DNA from: Lama guanicoe
Lineage: Eukaryota
NCBI GenBank assembly: GCA_013239625.1
Contig: MU053347.1
Span: 240,669-296,970, forward strand
DNA: 56,302 nucleotides
Direction of reading: 5' to 3'
Below the pieces are notes generated by a model that did no database searches, was not told the origin of the DNA, and saw only the letters and a list, made by a program, of their open reading frames with translations. Shown piece after piece: positions 25,071 to 39,000 of the stretch (its first letter is position 1; each line of letters begins with the position of its first letter). A program made the translations under genes and the position numbers.

Positions 25071-25170
25071 TCTCTTTTTTTCTTTTTCAAATGGAGGTAC
25101 TGTGAATTGAACCAAATACCTCATGCATGCTCAGCATGCTCTCTACCAACTGAGCTATACCCTCACCCCC
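25071..25170 (-). mobile_element. tRNA-derived SINE, camelid Vic-1-like
   Basis: Reverse complement reads GGGGGTGAGGGTATAGCTCAGTTGGTAGAG (A box)...GGTTCAATTC (B box)...A-rich tail. 20-bp TSD cattttga(t/a)atcatttggtt at 25051-25070 and 25171-25190. Confidence 0.9.
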
Positions 25171-28100
25171 CATTTTGAAATCATTTGGTTAATTATCTGC
25201 CATCCATCCAAAGGAACCTGATGTCTGTTACTCTGTTATTTCCTGTTGTAGTTTAAATGAATTAATAGACATCTTCTAGCTGTCCCAGAACAGAGTTTTC
25301 ATTCCTTCTAATTTTCAAATTAGAAAGACGGGAAGTTTAAATTTTATTCTTTACAATAAAGAGGAATCAAGTTTTCAGGAAATAAAAATGGCAGTTTTAG
25401 TGAAAAAAAGAGTTAAAATATAGCATTCACTTTATCATGTACATTTTAATGTGAAGAGGATAAACTATCAGATGGACCTCAAGAAAAATGTACTCTAAAT
25501 TTTTTTATTTTCTAAAAAATATCTGAACCCTTCACTTCTCAGGCATTACAACTGTTGGGTGTCTATTCAAATGGATTTATGATGTTCAGTTTAAAATGTA
25601 TGAGTCACATGATTAATTAAAAAGCTGTTACATAATTTCACTCCTGATACTTCAACAACTACTTCAATACTGAGGACATAGTGCAGAAGGCTCAGTATAG
25701 ACCAGTGACTAGGGTATGAATTTACTATGCAAAAATCACATCTGGTTCTTATTTCAGGATGGACCAGTATAAAATCCTAGTGGCTAAAAATTAAACCACT
25801 ACTAAACCAAAAATGAACTCAGAGCAGAGAAATGGGATGTGGTCATCTTTATAGATGTATATTGAACATTTGCTTCTATTTGGTCATAAGTAGATACAAG
25901 TTAGACACCGTAAAGATAGTCAACTAAGGTTCCTAGTCTTTTCACGTTCTGTGCATTTATCCTCATAATGCCAGAGGCTCCTTTGATTTTGATAAAATAG
26001 TAAATAAAAGTCAGAGGAGAAGGAATTTCCCCTTTGCTATAATGAATTTGTTGGCATACAAATTGTAGAAAATATTGGTCAGCAAAATGGGCCATGTTTC
26101 AGAATCAGAAACAAGAAAAAAGTAAAATATCTCTTCAGCAGAGCGTCAGTGTCAATATCAGCAAAATCTCTCTCCAGTCCTGCCGCCGCCTGTAAGTGGT
26201 GACCAGATTGGAACTAAAGGCCCACATGGCAATTGTAAAAAAACTTTTGAAGTGACAGGGAGGGTAAACTGTTTCCAGCTGCAGTCAATCCTAGAAGACC
26301 ATTTTTTGAAGGTCATAATTTTGCCCTACATTCTATTTCAATAACTTATATTTACAGTATTATATTTGAATTATAATTCATTTGCATGTCCTCTTTTGTC
26401 AAAATGAATATCAGATTCTAGATAGGAAAAACAAAATTGCTTGCTGTGAAGAAAACAAATCCTTAGTATTTAATTGGATGTATAATGATAATATCTGTAA
26501 AACTAATAGCAAAATCCAAATATGCTTTATTGAAAAGTTCTTTAGCATCTCTCTTATCATCTCTCATTTCCTCTGATGTACTAGGCCTAAATTGCCACTT
26601 ATATTATGTGATGAAATACAAAAACCTACATGTTGCCTTTTGTTTTATCTGGGAGCAAGTAGATTGTACAAATAAGCTTGAGTGCTCTGTGAAAGAAAAT
26701 GTGACCATCTGTAGCAATTCATATTGTGAACTTGTTACATAGATAATTATTATGATTAGTGTTACAATTCAGCAATCAGAAGTCTGTACAGGATCCAGAG
26801 GAACACAGCAGGATGATACTCCATTTAAATGGGCTCAGGAAAAATGCAATGTATTTGACATGCTCCACAAAAGAGGCAGAATCAATTTGACATACCGTAC
26901 AGTCATTTTTCTCTCTCCCAGTAGCTTGGCTTAGGAGCAGCATCATGCACAGAAGGGAGCTTCCTATACAGAACCGAGGTAATTGTATTTGCATAAGATT
27001 AGATCCACCCTTGGGTACATTCAAGATATTACTAGAGTTCCCTTTCTCCCAGCAGGACAGATTTCTCTAAAGACATACTGCTTACATTACATAGGACTCA
27101 GGAAACTAAACTTCCCCATGTCTCTAACTCTAAGTGGGTTCAAATGCAGCCATTACATTTAGATTGGACTATGTATATTACAAGAAAAAAACACTCCCCT
27201 CCTTAAAGCTCTTTGTAGCTGTCAGTATCAATTATTCTTTGAAAAATCAGGGAATCTTAATGTGAGAAATGTAAACTTATTTAAATGTTTTCTAGCACCC
27301 AATGGTTTTCTGAGTTTGAAAGATAAAACTTTTTATTACCATGCTGATAAAATCTGTAATTATTCAATTTTTTAAAAGCTGTTGTATATCTCTAGNNNNN
27401 NNNNNNNNNNNNNNNNNNNNNNNNNNNNNNNNNNNNNNTTGGTGGGAGTGGAGAGGGAGAAGGCAAAGGAGTCCTACAGACATGCAGGTGGATAGTTGTT
27501 CTCCTAAACATCTGGACCTATTTACTAGGTAGTTGCTATTCTGGGATAGAGCCATCTTATATTTATAAACTCCCATGGTGGAATACTAATAATGTAAAAA
27601 ATGGAATGCCTTTACTGCATAAAATATCAAAACTTGAAAATGTTAATTTTCAGAATAATCAATTATGAAATCACTAAGATGGAGCATCATTTGTTTCTAT
27701 TGAATAGAAAATTTAAAAAGTAGGTAAATGTCTGGCAAAAGTTTTTGAAGACATACTAATTTCAAGATATAGTCTCAAATTTTAAGCTATATATTTCGTA
27801 ATGGAATACTGTAAGATGGAATGTGATAAGTTCATTATATGACATTTTCTTCAAGGTATCCAACACATACTTATGGTCTATTTTGTGCCTGTATTTCAGG
27901 CAACATTTCATTAAAACTGTGTATATATTCTGGAGGGGCATGATTATATAACATCATAGTCTCTGTGTTTTTTTTCCCTTTATATATCATATGATTAATT
28001 TTTGAATAGATTATATATACACATGGCATACTTATTTTATAGGTATAAAATAATTGACAAATTAAAAAAACAACAACAACTGTTCCATGGCCATTCATTC

Positions 28101-28639
28101 ATTTCCTTTCTTAACTAGGAGCTACTTCGTTTTCAGGAGTATTCTACCTATTGTTTCTTTGATTCTTATTTTTAGCAAAATTATACCACTTATTGTTGAA
28201 AGAGTTTCATAGCTCTATGAATCTTGCACCAAAACAGGTATTTTGTTCTGCTCTCCCATACTTCAGATTGTAAACCCCAGATACCGTACTCCATTTAACA
28301 TTTCAGCTGTTCCTTCTGTTATTTACTCCATTTTCTGAATCACATGGGTATCCTATTCTTTCCTAATTATTCAGTCATAAGCAGTATCTATGGACCTGCC
28401 AAAATGGAAAACACAGGAGAAAAATTGAGCTTTCTTATGCTGCCCTCTCTCTGCAAGAGCTCGTATTTACAGCCATATGTATAAGCATATACCTATGTAC
28501 ACATACACACACACAACATTTCTTCCAAAAAAATTACATAAATCAGATTCTTAGTGTTTAACAGTTAACTCAATAGTCAGTATTTGCATTATGTAACTAT
28601 GTAAATAGTATTCATAGCAAAGCCACGTAGAATATGCCA

Positions 28640-29790
28640 TGTAGTATATTAACATTATATTTCATATTCTGCCCAATTCACTGTTGCCCTAGGGTTACTT
28701 TTTTCATTTGGTCACCTCTCAGTTTGACCATCACAAGTTCATCCTCAAACAATCTTTAAATGTCTCCTCAGAGGACCTAAACACGTTCCTATTCAGTTTT
28801 ACTCTTTCTTGGAGGTCTTCCTCCTGAAGACCTTTGTCCTCCAGCTCCAGTCTGAATCATTGGCTGTCTAGACTTCCTGCTGGGTGGTCATCTTGGGACT
28901 TCCTTCTTTTGCCTATCAGCTTTCACTCTTCTTCTGCGGGAAAGCTCTTTCCAGTGTATCCGTTCTTCCACTTTCTCTGCGCAGAGCACAAACTCCAGTC
29001 AGCTTCTTGAGGATGAATATGTGCATCAAGACTTTGACTATCTGAAAATCCTTTAGACAACCTTCATACATGGTTGGTGGTCTGGCTGGATCCACACCAT
29101 CTTGTCTCAGAAATTTGAAAACATCATTCCACCTTCTCCTAGTTTCCAATGAGAAGGCTAAGGACGTTCTGTATCATGATCCTGTAGAGTGGCCTGTTTT
29201 CTATTCTTTCCCTCTGTAAGAGTTTAGACTCTTCACTTCATAACCACTGTTGTGAAATTTTAGGGTGACTGGTTTTGGTATAGGTGTTTTTCTGGTCATT
29301 GCTATGGGGGCTTTTCTGATTCTTCTGGAAAATATTATTCAGTTATGGGACATTTGCTGTTAAATATAAATGTTCACTTCCATATTCTCTGTTATGTTTC
29401 TTGGAACTCTTATTTTTAGCTATTGATACTTCTGGACTGGTTCCCTAACTGATATATTTTTCTTATATATTCCCATGTCTTTTGATTTTAAAACTGGATA
29501 TTTTTATCAACTGTATCTTTATATATATAGTTATACATACACACTTTATACACACGGAGTTAACTCTGTTCTTTAAATATTTTTTATTATAGGATTCTAT
29601 TTTTTTCATACATATAATCATTTTAAATTTTCTCTCTGAGATTTCTGTTTACAAATTGTTCTCTATTTCCTCCAAATTCCCATTTTCCCCTTTCTTTGTT
29701 AAGACTTTTTTATGTTAGAGGCTTTCTTCAAACATCTGATAATTTTTTTTTCATTTGTTTATATGTGATCGTGAAATGCTAAAATTCTGA
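28640..29790 (-). mobile_element. Very old L1 (L1ME-like) internal fragment
   Basis: T-rich degenerate antisense L1 text; the minus-strand ORF METRRRWNDVFKFLR resembles L1 ORF1. Confidence 0.55.
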
Positions 29791-30139
29791 GTATGTAAGC
29801 TGAGATTTTCAACTACTCTTACTTGTAAATTCTGAAATTAAGTGAAATGAACATATTTTGACCACCTGGTGAACATCTTGCCTTCTGAAACTGTGGAAAG
29901 TAGGTAACTCAGTGTTTTTTTTCTGGCATGAAGAGAGAACCCTTATGGAGAAAACAGAAGCATGTGTAATTAACAACTACATGAGGTCAGATGAAATAAA
30001 TAAAATTCTTATTTTTTTTTGTTTTTTTTTACTTATCAGTTGAAAGCTACTTAGGTGTTAATCTGGAGTGCAGGATTTTTTCTGGCTTCTGAATATTTTT
30101 TAAGAAACCATCTCAGAAGCCTGTATTTTCATGTTAAGA

Positions 30140-30640
30140 TTTATGCATACATATGATGACTCTTTATATGTGAATAATGGAAGAGTGTATGATTAAGGTG
30201 ATTTTTGTGGTTGACTTTCCAACATCCTTTCCACTCTACATGACTTACCTTGGTCAATATGGCAATCCTATGCCCCTCGGCAGTGATTTACATACAAGCC
30301 TATCCTGGCAAATGATTTGTGAGCAAAAGTTTTACAATGACTTTCAGTTCTCCTTAGAGAACATGGAAAGAGATAGTCCTTTTCTTCACCTGCATATTTT
30401 TATATCTTAATATTTCATCTGAATCAACTACAGTCTTGCATCCATGAACATAAAGTCAAACTGAACATGGTGGAAAAGAAAGGTAAAAAGAACCTCCTGT
30501 CTTTGAGAGCAGCATTGGACCAATGTGTCTAACAGTCCTAGACTAACTCTATACCGTTGTTATATTAGATAATAAATATTCTTATTCAGTCAGGTTGAGT
30601 CATGTATTCAGTTACAAACATCTCAACTGATACAATAAAT
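30140..30640. mobile_element. MaLR (MLT1-like) LTR relic
   Basis: atggtggaaaagaaaggtaaaaagaacct...ctttgag, ending with ttacaaacatctcaactgataca. Confidence 0.5.
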
Positions 30641-33289
30641 TGCTTTATATTTAATACACAGGTTATAGTTCTTATAGGATGATGTACTGTATCAGCATAC
30701 TTACTTTCAAAGTAAATGTAAAAAAATCTGCTCACACTTTGTGGTACCATAAAATTAGTTTAGCTAATTGAAAGGAAGAGAGATTTCAGGCTATGGTAGT
30801 ATTTCAGATTATATGTAAATTTGAAAATGGACAACTGAATGAGCTTTCTTTCAGGAGGATTTGAAAGTGCAATCCTGTATGTAAAATCTGGGAGGGAGGA
30901 TTTCTTGCTGGCAGGATTATTATAGATGTACTACATTATACTAATGTTTTAAAAATAGAGCCATTTTCTGTGGCATTTGCTATGTCACAAATACCCTTTA
31001 GAATACCACTGAGACATGGATTACTTTTGTCAAATGTTTATGTGATTGCATTGTTGTAATTTGAAGTTAATACAAAAATAATAGTTATTAAAATGTATTG
31101 TTTATTTTGAAAATAGTGCTTATGGATATTACATATTTAATCTGAACAACAGCGCTGCAGTGAAGCTTAGGAAATAATATTGTAAATGATATTATATAGA
31201 TTTAAAAAATGAATGCAGATGGAAATTAAGATACTTGTACTAACAGGTGGACCTCCCATGTCTCAAGCCAGCTTATCTGGTAATGATCTACTCTAAAGCT
31301 TGATAAAATTCAATAATAAGCTCAGCACTTTTTAATGATTCTCACTGAAACATTCCTTATACACAACAGTATGCCCTCTGTTTGCTTCCCCATCCCCTTT
31401 CAGGTTTAGATTAATTTTGAGAGGGAAGCTGAAGGTGGAAGTAATCCAGTGAATCTGAAGGTGCAAATAATCCAGTGAAAAACATTTAGAAGGGCACTAG
31501 CTTTGATTGCAGTAAATAAATTTTCTTTAAAAATCTACGTTATTGTTAGCAACAAAATCACAAATATATAGAAGACTAGAAAGGTTGAGTCTATATTCAG
31601 GAACAGGTCATTCTGAGGGATTAAACCATGATGAACTTTAATGCCAACCAATTTGGGATTTTACTTAATATCTTCTTATTCTGGAGGGCAGAACAGTTTT
31701 GTGAGGAAATGGCCTGGAGCATGCCTTTGTGTATCTCAATATACAGTCTGTCAGTGCAGTAGTACTTCTGTTTGCTTGAACTACACAAAACTGTCAGTAT
31801 CTGACCACTCAGTACCTACAAAATGGCAATTCCATCAGGTTCAACTTAGCACACTTGGGCCTTTGTTTTTGCTAAAAAATATCTGAGAAGATGAAAGAGA
31901 ATAGATTAGATTATCAGTTTAAATTGTACTGACAACACTTTAAAAAATAATTCTTGTATATATAAAGCTTTACTTAATTTGGCATATTTAGTTTATACAC
32001 TTTTTGTGACTAAAATATTCATAACATAGAATCTTAACTTTAAGTAACAAATGCTTGCTCAAGCATTTTCATCTGTGTAGATGACAAGGTCCGTATGAGA
32101 ATGTCAAATCAACAATGTTTTTTGAACTTTAGGGTATAATATTAGCATCTAAATTTAAGAATACAGATATTTACTTTATGCTATATTGTCAGAAAATCCA
32201 TAAATAGCATCATTTCTAATTCAATGGCTCATTGTGAAAAGAACCCAAGAAAATAACAAAAATTAATTCAGGAAAAAAATATTCCAATTAAAATCCAGGT
32301 ATTAAAATTTTCTTTGATTTTGAAGGCAGAGACTTTGTGCTAGTCATCAGCATGTTCCTAGCCTTCTCCTAGCATGTGTACTTTGTGTTTAATATGCACT
32401 TCATGGAGTTCTTGTATTATGTTTTGTATAAAAATGTGATTATGCTCAGTGATTCATGATAAATGGAACTTAGAGTGGGAAAAAGCCTAGATAATAGACA
32501 AATATTTTAACAGTATATTTGACATTTTACAAATCGTAAACTTATACCTGTTTACTTACTATAGCAATGAGATCCTTTTTGATAATGCTTATGTTTTCCT
32601 AGGACTTTGATTTACATTATTTGATTTAGTTTTATTTTAAGGTTTTACTCGCACTTAATTCAGAACTATACCAAAATCAGTTTTAAGAAAGCATTCCAAA
32701 ATTCTGCATAGAAAAAGTAACTACTAAAACATTTTCCTTTACTGTTCTTAAATTTAAGGAGTAAAGTTGAAAATTATATATATTAGGTATAAAATATTCT
32801 TATTTATACATGCAACATTAAAGATGCTTCAAATTTTAAATAGTTTAAATAATAACTTAATTAAGATTAGTTCACCTGCCTTAAAATTCATCCTTTTAAT
32901 GTTTGCAAATCAGTGGTTTTTAGTGTATTCACAGAGTTCTGTGGCCATTCCTACTGTCTAATTTCAGAACATTTTCATCATCCCCTGCACCCATTAGCAG
33001 TTTAAGATTATAATTATTTTCAAAGAATAAAACAAACTACACATACTTTTTCCTGAACACAATACTAACACAAAAACTAAGACTATTTTCATCTCCTAAT
33101 AGAAAGCAATTATTAGTGAAAGTGGTGGTTTCCCCTTAGGTGTGCTGCTACACAAACTGCTCTTGGCAGCTTTGACTTCATGCTTGGGAGAAGACTTCCA
33201 AGGGATAATATAATAATAATATTTTCTGAAAATTTTTAGTCAATTTGGACTTGTAGTTTCTATTTTCTTAAATGTCTTCCTCCTGTGTG

Positions 33290-33790
33290 CACAAAGAATA
33301 TGATAACTGGGTGCATCAATGACCTTCACCCTTCCTCTACCCAGGGACTTTGCCATGTAACTTTGTAGTGCCCTCCCTCTCAGCTCTTGAATGTCACATT
33401 ATTTGCTCTGGCCAACATGACTTTTAGCTGATACAATACAAGCAGAGGCATGAAGTGAGCTTGAACTTTTGGGAAATTTTCTCTTGCCATCTGCCATTGC
33501 TGTAATTATTTTTTAAGTAAGCCAAGGATAACCTGTTGTTCCTAGGAGAAGATGAGACACGTGGATCAGTGGGAACCAGCTCAGCTGAGAGACCCAGCTG
33601 TCCAGCCACAGTCAGCCTAGATTGGTCAATAGCCAAATGATGCCATCTGTGAAAAAGCTCAGCCAAAATCAGCAGTCTCCTAACCTAACCAGTTCAGAGA
33701 TGTGAGCAATGGATGTTTATTGCTGTATATGTCTCTAGCTTCAGTAGTTGTTTGTTACCAAGTATTATGCTGATAGTAAGTAACTGATGA
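33290..33790. mobile_element. MaLR (MLT1-like) LTR relic
   Basis: gatgagacacgtgga...cccagctgtccagcc...gttgtttgttac...gtaactgat. Confidence 0.65.
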
Positions 33791-34221
33791 GAAATGCAAA
33801 GAATACGACATCAGTTTAGTAAGTTAGTAATTTCTCAAGCGATGGACAGGGTATATGGATAGTATTTTCTTTAATCACCATAACCAAATCCTTTCTTGAC
33901 ATATCTGAAACACTAGTAAACTCTGCCCCTGGCCCAGATGGAGTGAGTTGGTTAAAGGAGGAATTCCCTTAGTCGTTGGTTTAATAGGACACAATATTCC
34001 CCCTCAATCACAAAATAGGTCAAGGGAGAGTATTCTCTTTTGGAGCTGAAAATATTTTATACAGGAAGTAATCAACACAGAATCAGGGAAGAATTGAAAT
34101 AAATGAATACTGACATCGTAATTATTTTTAAAAATTTCCAACCAAACATGCAGAGTGCTTCAAATGGTTTGACTGCACTGACTGACTATACTTCTGGGGG
34201 CTCCAATTCCAGCCACACAGG

Positions 34222-34577
34222 ATGAAAGTGTTCCTGGGCCAGCCCACATTGTCAGGGTTTCGGTTGGGAGGAATCAGAGCAGGGGCATACCTCAGGCAAC
34301 AGAAAAACTAAAGGGCCACTTAACACCAAGTTCCTAAGAGCATGGAGCCTCAAGCTGAGGACACAAGATCAGTCAAGGAGGCAAAAAAAAACTTGCAAGA
34401 ATGAAAGTGTTCCTGGGCCAGCCCACATTGTCAGGGTTTCGGTTGGGAGGAATCAGAGCAGGGGCATACCTCAGGCAACAGAAAAACTAAAGGGCCACTT
34501 AACACCAAGTTCCTAAGAGCATGGAGCCTCAAGCTGAGGACACAAGATCAGTCAAGGAGGCAAAAAAACTTGTAAGA
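34222..34577. repeat. Near-perfect direct tandem duplication, 179-bp period
   Basis: atgaaagtgttcctgggcc... starts at 34222 and 34401; the copies differ only in A-run length and one C/T near the end. Confidence 0.97.
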
Positions 34578-36364
34578 AAGAAAGTAGGAGCCCAAAACCA
34601 GAGTCATGGGCTGAGGAGACCTGGAATCAAAGAACAGCAGTGTCTGGAGTAACAAGATATCATGAGCTATTCACACAAAAAGGACTGAAAATTGCATGGC
34701 TTTCATTCACACAACTCTGCATACTTAACATATGCTGGTTTAAAGCTGCAGTCACTGCTATTTCTTCAAGTGACATTCCAGTCTCAGTAATTTTCACCTG
34801 TGCATGTAAATATGACCACTTGGAAGGCCATAATTCCCACTTCTAGATTGGTCTGATACACATTTTAGAACCATCCTGACCTGAAGAAATGAAAAATAAA
34901 GCTAAGAAATATTACTCAATATGGGCATATTTCTGGAAACTATTTGCCACAGGAATCAGAAGAATATTAGACTGGCCTACCAGTTTATGTCAAAAGACCA
35001 TGGAATTTCTAGCACTTGTGGTCAGAACATCTTAAAAATAGTCTGGAATGGAAGGAGTGCTGGTTGAGAGAGGAGGCAGAATACAGGAGACCAGGAACGG
35101 CTGAAGTAAGATGACAGCAGGTAGCAAGAGACGGACCATCTGAAAAGAGGGGTGGAAGGAAACTTGAGAACAACCTAAAAACTACTCTTTGAAACAGAAA
35201 ACTAAAGATTAAAAGAAACCAGATGTAGAATATGTGTATATAGGACAAAGAAAATAAATCCAAACTGGAAATAAACTAGACGTGACCTGGTCAGTTAGGA
35301 CAAAAGCTCCACACAGATTTACACTAGATGAAACCTTCTTCTCCCAAATAAAAGAAAGTGTGATTTTCTAGGTCAAAATAACTGACATTAGATCAGTCAC
35401 ATGAATTCTAACTTTTGTTAAATATGATAGACTAAGCACATATTTCTGCTCATAAAGAGCCACTGAAATAATAGACTCGAGAAAGAGAAACAGCAAAGAG
35501 GGGACAAACCTGCCCAAGGGCTGGAAGCTGGGAAAGGGCAACCATCAGACATTCCAAGGACCTGGAACACGAGGCAGAATGGGCAGAATAGTTGGAAATG
35601 AGCTGGAGATATCACAACATGAGTTCTAAGAGTCATCCCAGGGCAGCCTCAGAGAAGCAAAACATCTAAGTCAGCAGCACCTCGGAGATTCTTTATTTTC
35701 TCAGGTTTCCAATGGATCATATATTGCCCTGATTATTTACTATAAAGTGAAAATTCTTTAACATGAATTAAAACAAAATGTCCTACACTTTGTACCTTGA
35801 AACTCCTTCTCTGGGAGTTCTAGCACAGACTCCAGGTCTGTGTATATTTAAATCCTGCAGGTGATTTTGAAGGACATTCCTGGTTTCAGCCACTGCCTTC
35901 CTGAGTGGCTGCAGGTGCTGACCGTTGGGCTCCTTGAATTAAACCAATTAGTGTTTTGCTGAGTAATGTGTGAGTTTAGGTCACAGGCTAAATATTTTTA
36001 TTTAACAAGTTGCTTTATGTTGTTTATAGTTCTAAAAAAATTTAATTATGTAGTGCAAAATAGTTTGTATTTAAAGATTTTTACAAGAAAACACATTACA
36101 GTTTTGTAGGGTTAGCTACAAGCATTCCAATTTTCATTCTAACTTCATTACATATACATAAAATTGTATATGTAAACTTTGTAAATATGTAATATTACAT
36201 AATATATAAATATACACTAATTAGATATAATGTCTATAATATAATGTAGTTAGTTATAGAATGTGCACTATATAAATGTATATTTATATATAAATGTAAA
36301 GATAGATAGAAATACTGTAGTTAGAGGTCACTATGCCAGATGCTCTGGAGAACAGTTTGGTGAT

Positions 36365-36815
36365 ATAGAGCTTTATGGTGCTTTCTTTTTTTTAAATTGT
36401 GCTTCACAGATATTGCCTTTTTGCCAAATTCAAGTTTTGTGGCAAATCAATCAATTGGCACTATTTTTCCAACAGCATTTTCTCATTTCATGTCTCTGCA
36501 TCACATTTTGGTAATTCTCAGATTATTTCAAAGTTCCTTTTATTATTGTATTTGTTATGGTGATCCAAACCAGTGACTATGACTAGCTAAAGGCTCAGGT
36601 TCTGGTTAGCATTTTTTAGCAAGAAAGTATTTTTTAATTAAGGCATATACATTTTTAAACATAATGCTATTGCACACTTAATAGACTACAGTGTAGTATA
36701 AACATAACATTTATATGCACCAGGGAACCAAAAAATTTGTTTGACTTGCTCTATTGCCATATCTGCTTTATTGCAATGATCTGGAACAGAACCTTCAGTA
36801 TCTATAAGGTGTCTC
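36365..36815. mobile_element. Internally deleted Tigger1-like DNA transposon
   Basis: tgtgcttcacagatattgc...tatttttccaacagcat...gctttattgcaatgatctggaacagaacc; a related terminal piece lies at ~46300-46350. Confidence 0.8.
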
Positions 36816-37175
36816 TATCTATCTATATCTACAACTATTTCATGTGAGAATCAAATACTTTCTCAATAATCAATTTACCAATAAACAAAATACTAAATCT
36901 GTAAATATAGTGACTTAATATGAAAAATATACAAATAATGAAACTTACTTTGACACTTATCAAATTAAAATTAAAACAAGGAACAGTTGAAAAATCTTTA
37001 TTTTAAAAAGTTCTAAAAATAAGCTTATATATAAATGAATTATTATTAAATATATAGTATCGTTACACAAATATTGATGGAATCAGGTATTTGTGGGATA
37101 ATAAGTTGATAATAGCTTGAGTCTGCCTCATAAAGGGCAAAGAGAGGGATAAGTTTAAACTCCTTCTCTGCCCGC

Positions 37176-37178
<3 letters not shown>

Positions 37179-37218
<40 letters not shown>
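37179..37218 (+). repeat. (AC)~20 microsatellite
   Basis: Uninterrupted dinucleotide run. Confidence 0.98.
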
Positions 37219-37220
<2 letters not shown>

Positions 37221-37869
37221 TATCAAGAAAAAGTAAAGACAGATCCAAGGTGAGTAATCCATTTTAAACCATAAGGGAGAAATTGGAGGTTATGGCTGGG
37301 ACATAAAAGTTCTATGCATCATTCTTTTCTATTCTCAGTAGGAGTTAGAGTCCTCAAAATGAACAGAACTTCAGGTTGCATTTACACATTAGGAGCTCCT
37401 TACCTTATAACTGCGGTTCACAGGATTCAAGCAAGGGAAGCTCTTTATAGTGGTGTTACTGATATATATTTCATAGTTGGGTGGGAAATTCTAAAATAGC
37501 CAATACTTCATTTTGCTTTAGAATTGGAAGCTAATGGGTCATGTCTACATCTACATATGAACAACTCAAAGAACTAATTATCAGAACTTATTGAGAGCAA
37601 ATTATATAATTCCTGTTTTTTCCAGTTCCCCAAAGTGTCCCCCTGCAACTGGCTTTTTACGCTTGAGTTACAAAATTTAAGATTTGGGTTTAATTCACTA
37701 AGCCAAAAAAAAAAAAAAGCTGTTTAAGTCTTTGCTTTGGAAGTCTTTAGGATGTAAGTTTTATTGATAAATTCCTCAACATCTAAGATTTGAGAAGTAT
37801 GAGGATGCCCCCCTTAATAGTGCATTGCTCTCAGCAATGGTGGTTTACTAGGATCTTGTTTCTCTATCG

Positions 37870-38040
37870 CAAGCATCGATCTGATGAATCAGTTGCTGGT
37901 TAAAGCCCATAGTGCTCACCCAGATCCTGTGACTTTGTAATCCAGTAGATCTGGGGCGGGCTTGTACAATTTGCATGTGTAACAAGTTTCAGGTGCTGTT
38001 ATGCAATTAGCACAAGGGCAAAACTCTAAGAACCGCTGGC
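37870..38040. mobile_element. MER5-like hAT MITE; others at ~35790-35895 and 44510-44880
   Basis: cagtagatctggggcgggc...tttgcatgtgtaacaagtttcaggtg...aagaaccgctg. Confidence 0.7.
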
Positions 38041-38518
38041 TTACAACATGTGTCCATTAATTTCTCAGCTGAAATCACATATATCTGACACATGAAAAGT
38101 AACTTGTGCCGATATTACCTATGTTTAGGTCTCCAAAGAGTCTCCAAAGAGACATATGTTCCCATATACCTTTACACAATAGATAAAGACATTTTACTTC
38201 TAGTAGCAAGTTTTAAGTTGTTAATACCTCTTGTGTAAAATGAAGGGAACTTGTGACTATTATGAATGCTGTTGTACTCAAACTAGGGCAATATTTTAGA
38301 TTAGTAAATTGCTAGTTTTTAGCTTTTTATGCATTTAAAACTTCAAACAAAAACCTTACCTAAAATGATCTCCTGGGGTTTTCCATTGACAGCATTTAAA
38401 GTGATTCATTTGCTGAAGGAGTGCACAGGTTAATCATTTTAATTCCTAATCGGCTCTCCCCGTATTCCAGAGGGAATAATCAATATGATCATAATTGTAA
38501 ATAATTGTAGGATGTAGT

Positions 38519-39000
38519 TGAAGGGGAGCAGAATAAGTCACCCTAAAAAAATTTTTAAGAAACAGCAGACACTGAAAACCGAGTAGAAATTACCATTTCA
38601 TAAGAGAAATTTTCACTTATTAGGGAAATTTCCATTTGTAAGGGTGTCTAGCTTTCTGTACCATGAAAAGGAGGGTGACTAAACCTCTAGCAACTCTATC
38701 AATGAAAAGACATGGACTTAAATCTTCATAACAACCATAACTTTGTTTACTGTGCTTTGCCTGAAAATCAGGCTCTCCTCACTGCCTTTTTTTGTCTTTA
38801 GCTGGAAACAGTATTTAAGGTGGGAGGTTGGGTCATTCTGGGGAGTTACTCAGTTTTCCTGGGTATCTCCCATGTATAAGGAAGGTATACCAGTTATTAA
38901 ATTTCTATTTGTTTTTCTCCTGTTAATATGTTTTTTATTACAGAAGGGTCTTAGCCATGAACCTGGAAGTGTAGAGAGAAAATAATTTTCCTCCCCCACG
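38519..39000 (+). mobile_element. Solo ERV1-type LTR, 482 bp
   Basis: Starts TGaaggggagcagaa and ends ttcctcccccaCG (CA mutated); 4-bp TSD TAGT at 38515-38518 and 39001-39004. Confidence 0.8.

Noticed and set aside
25071..25170. Possible tRNA gene
   Set aside because: The A-rich tail, 20-bp TSD and degenerate stems indicate a SINE.
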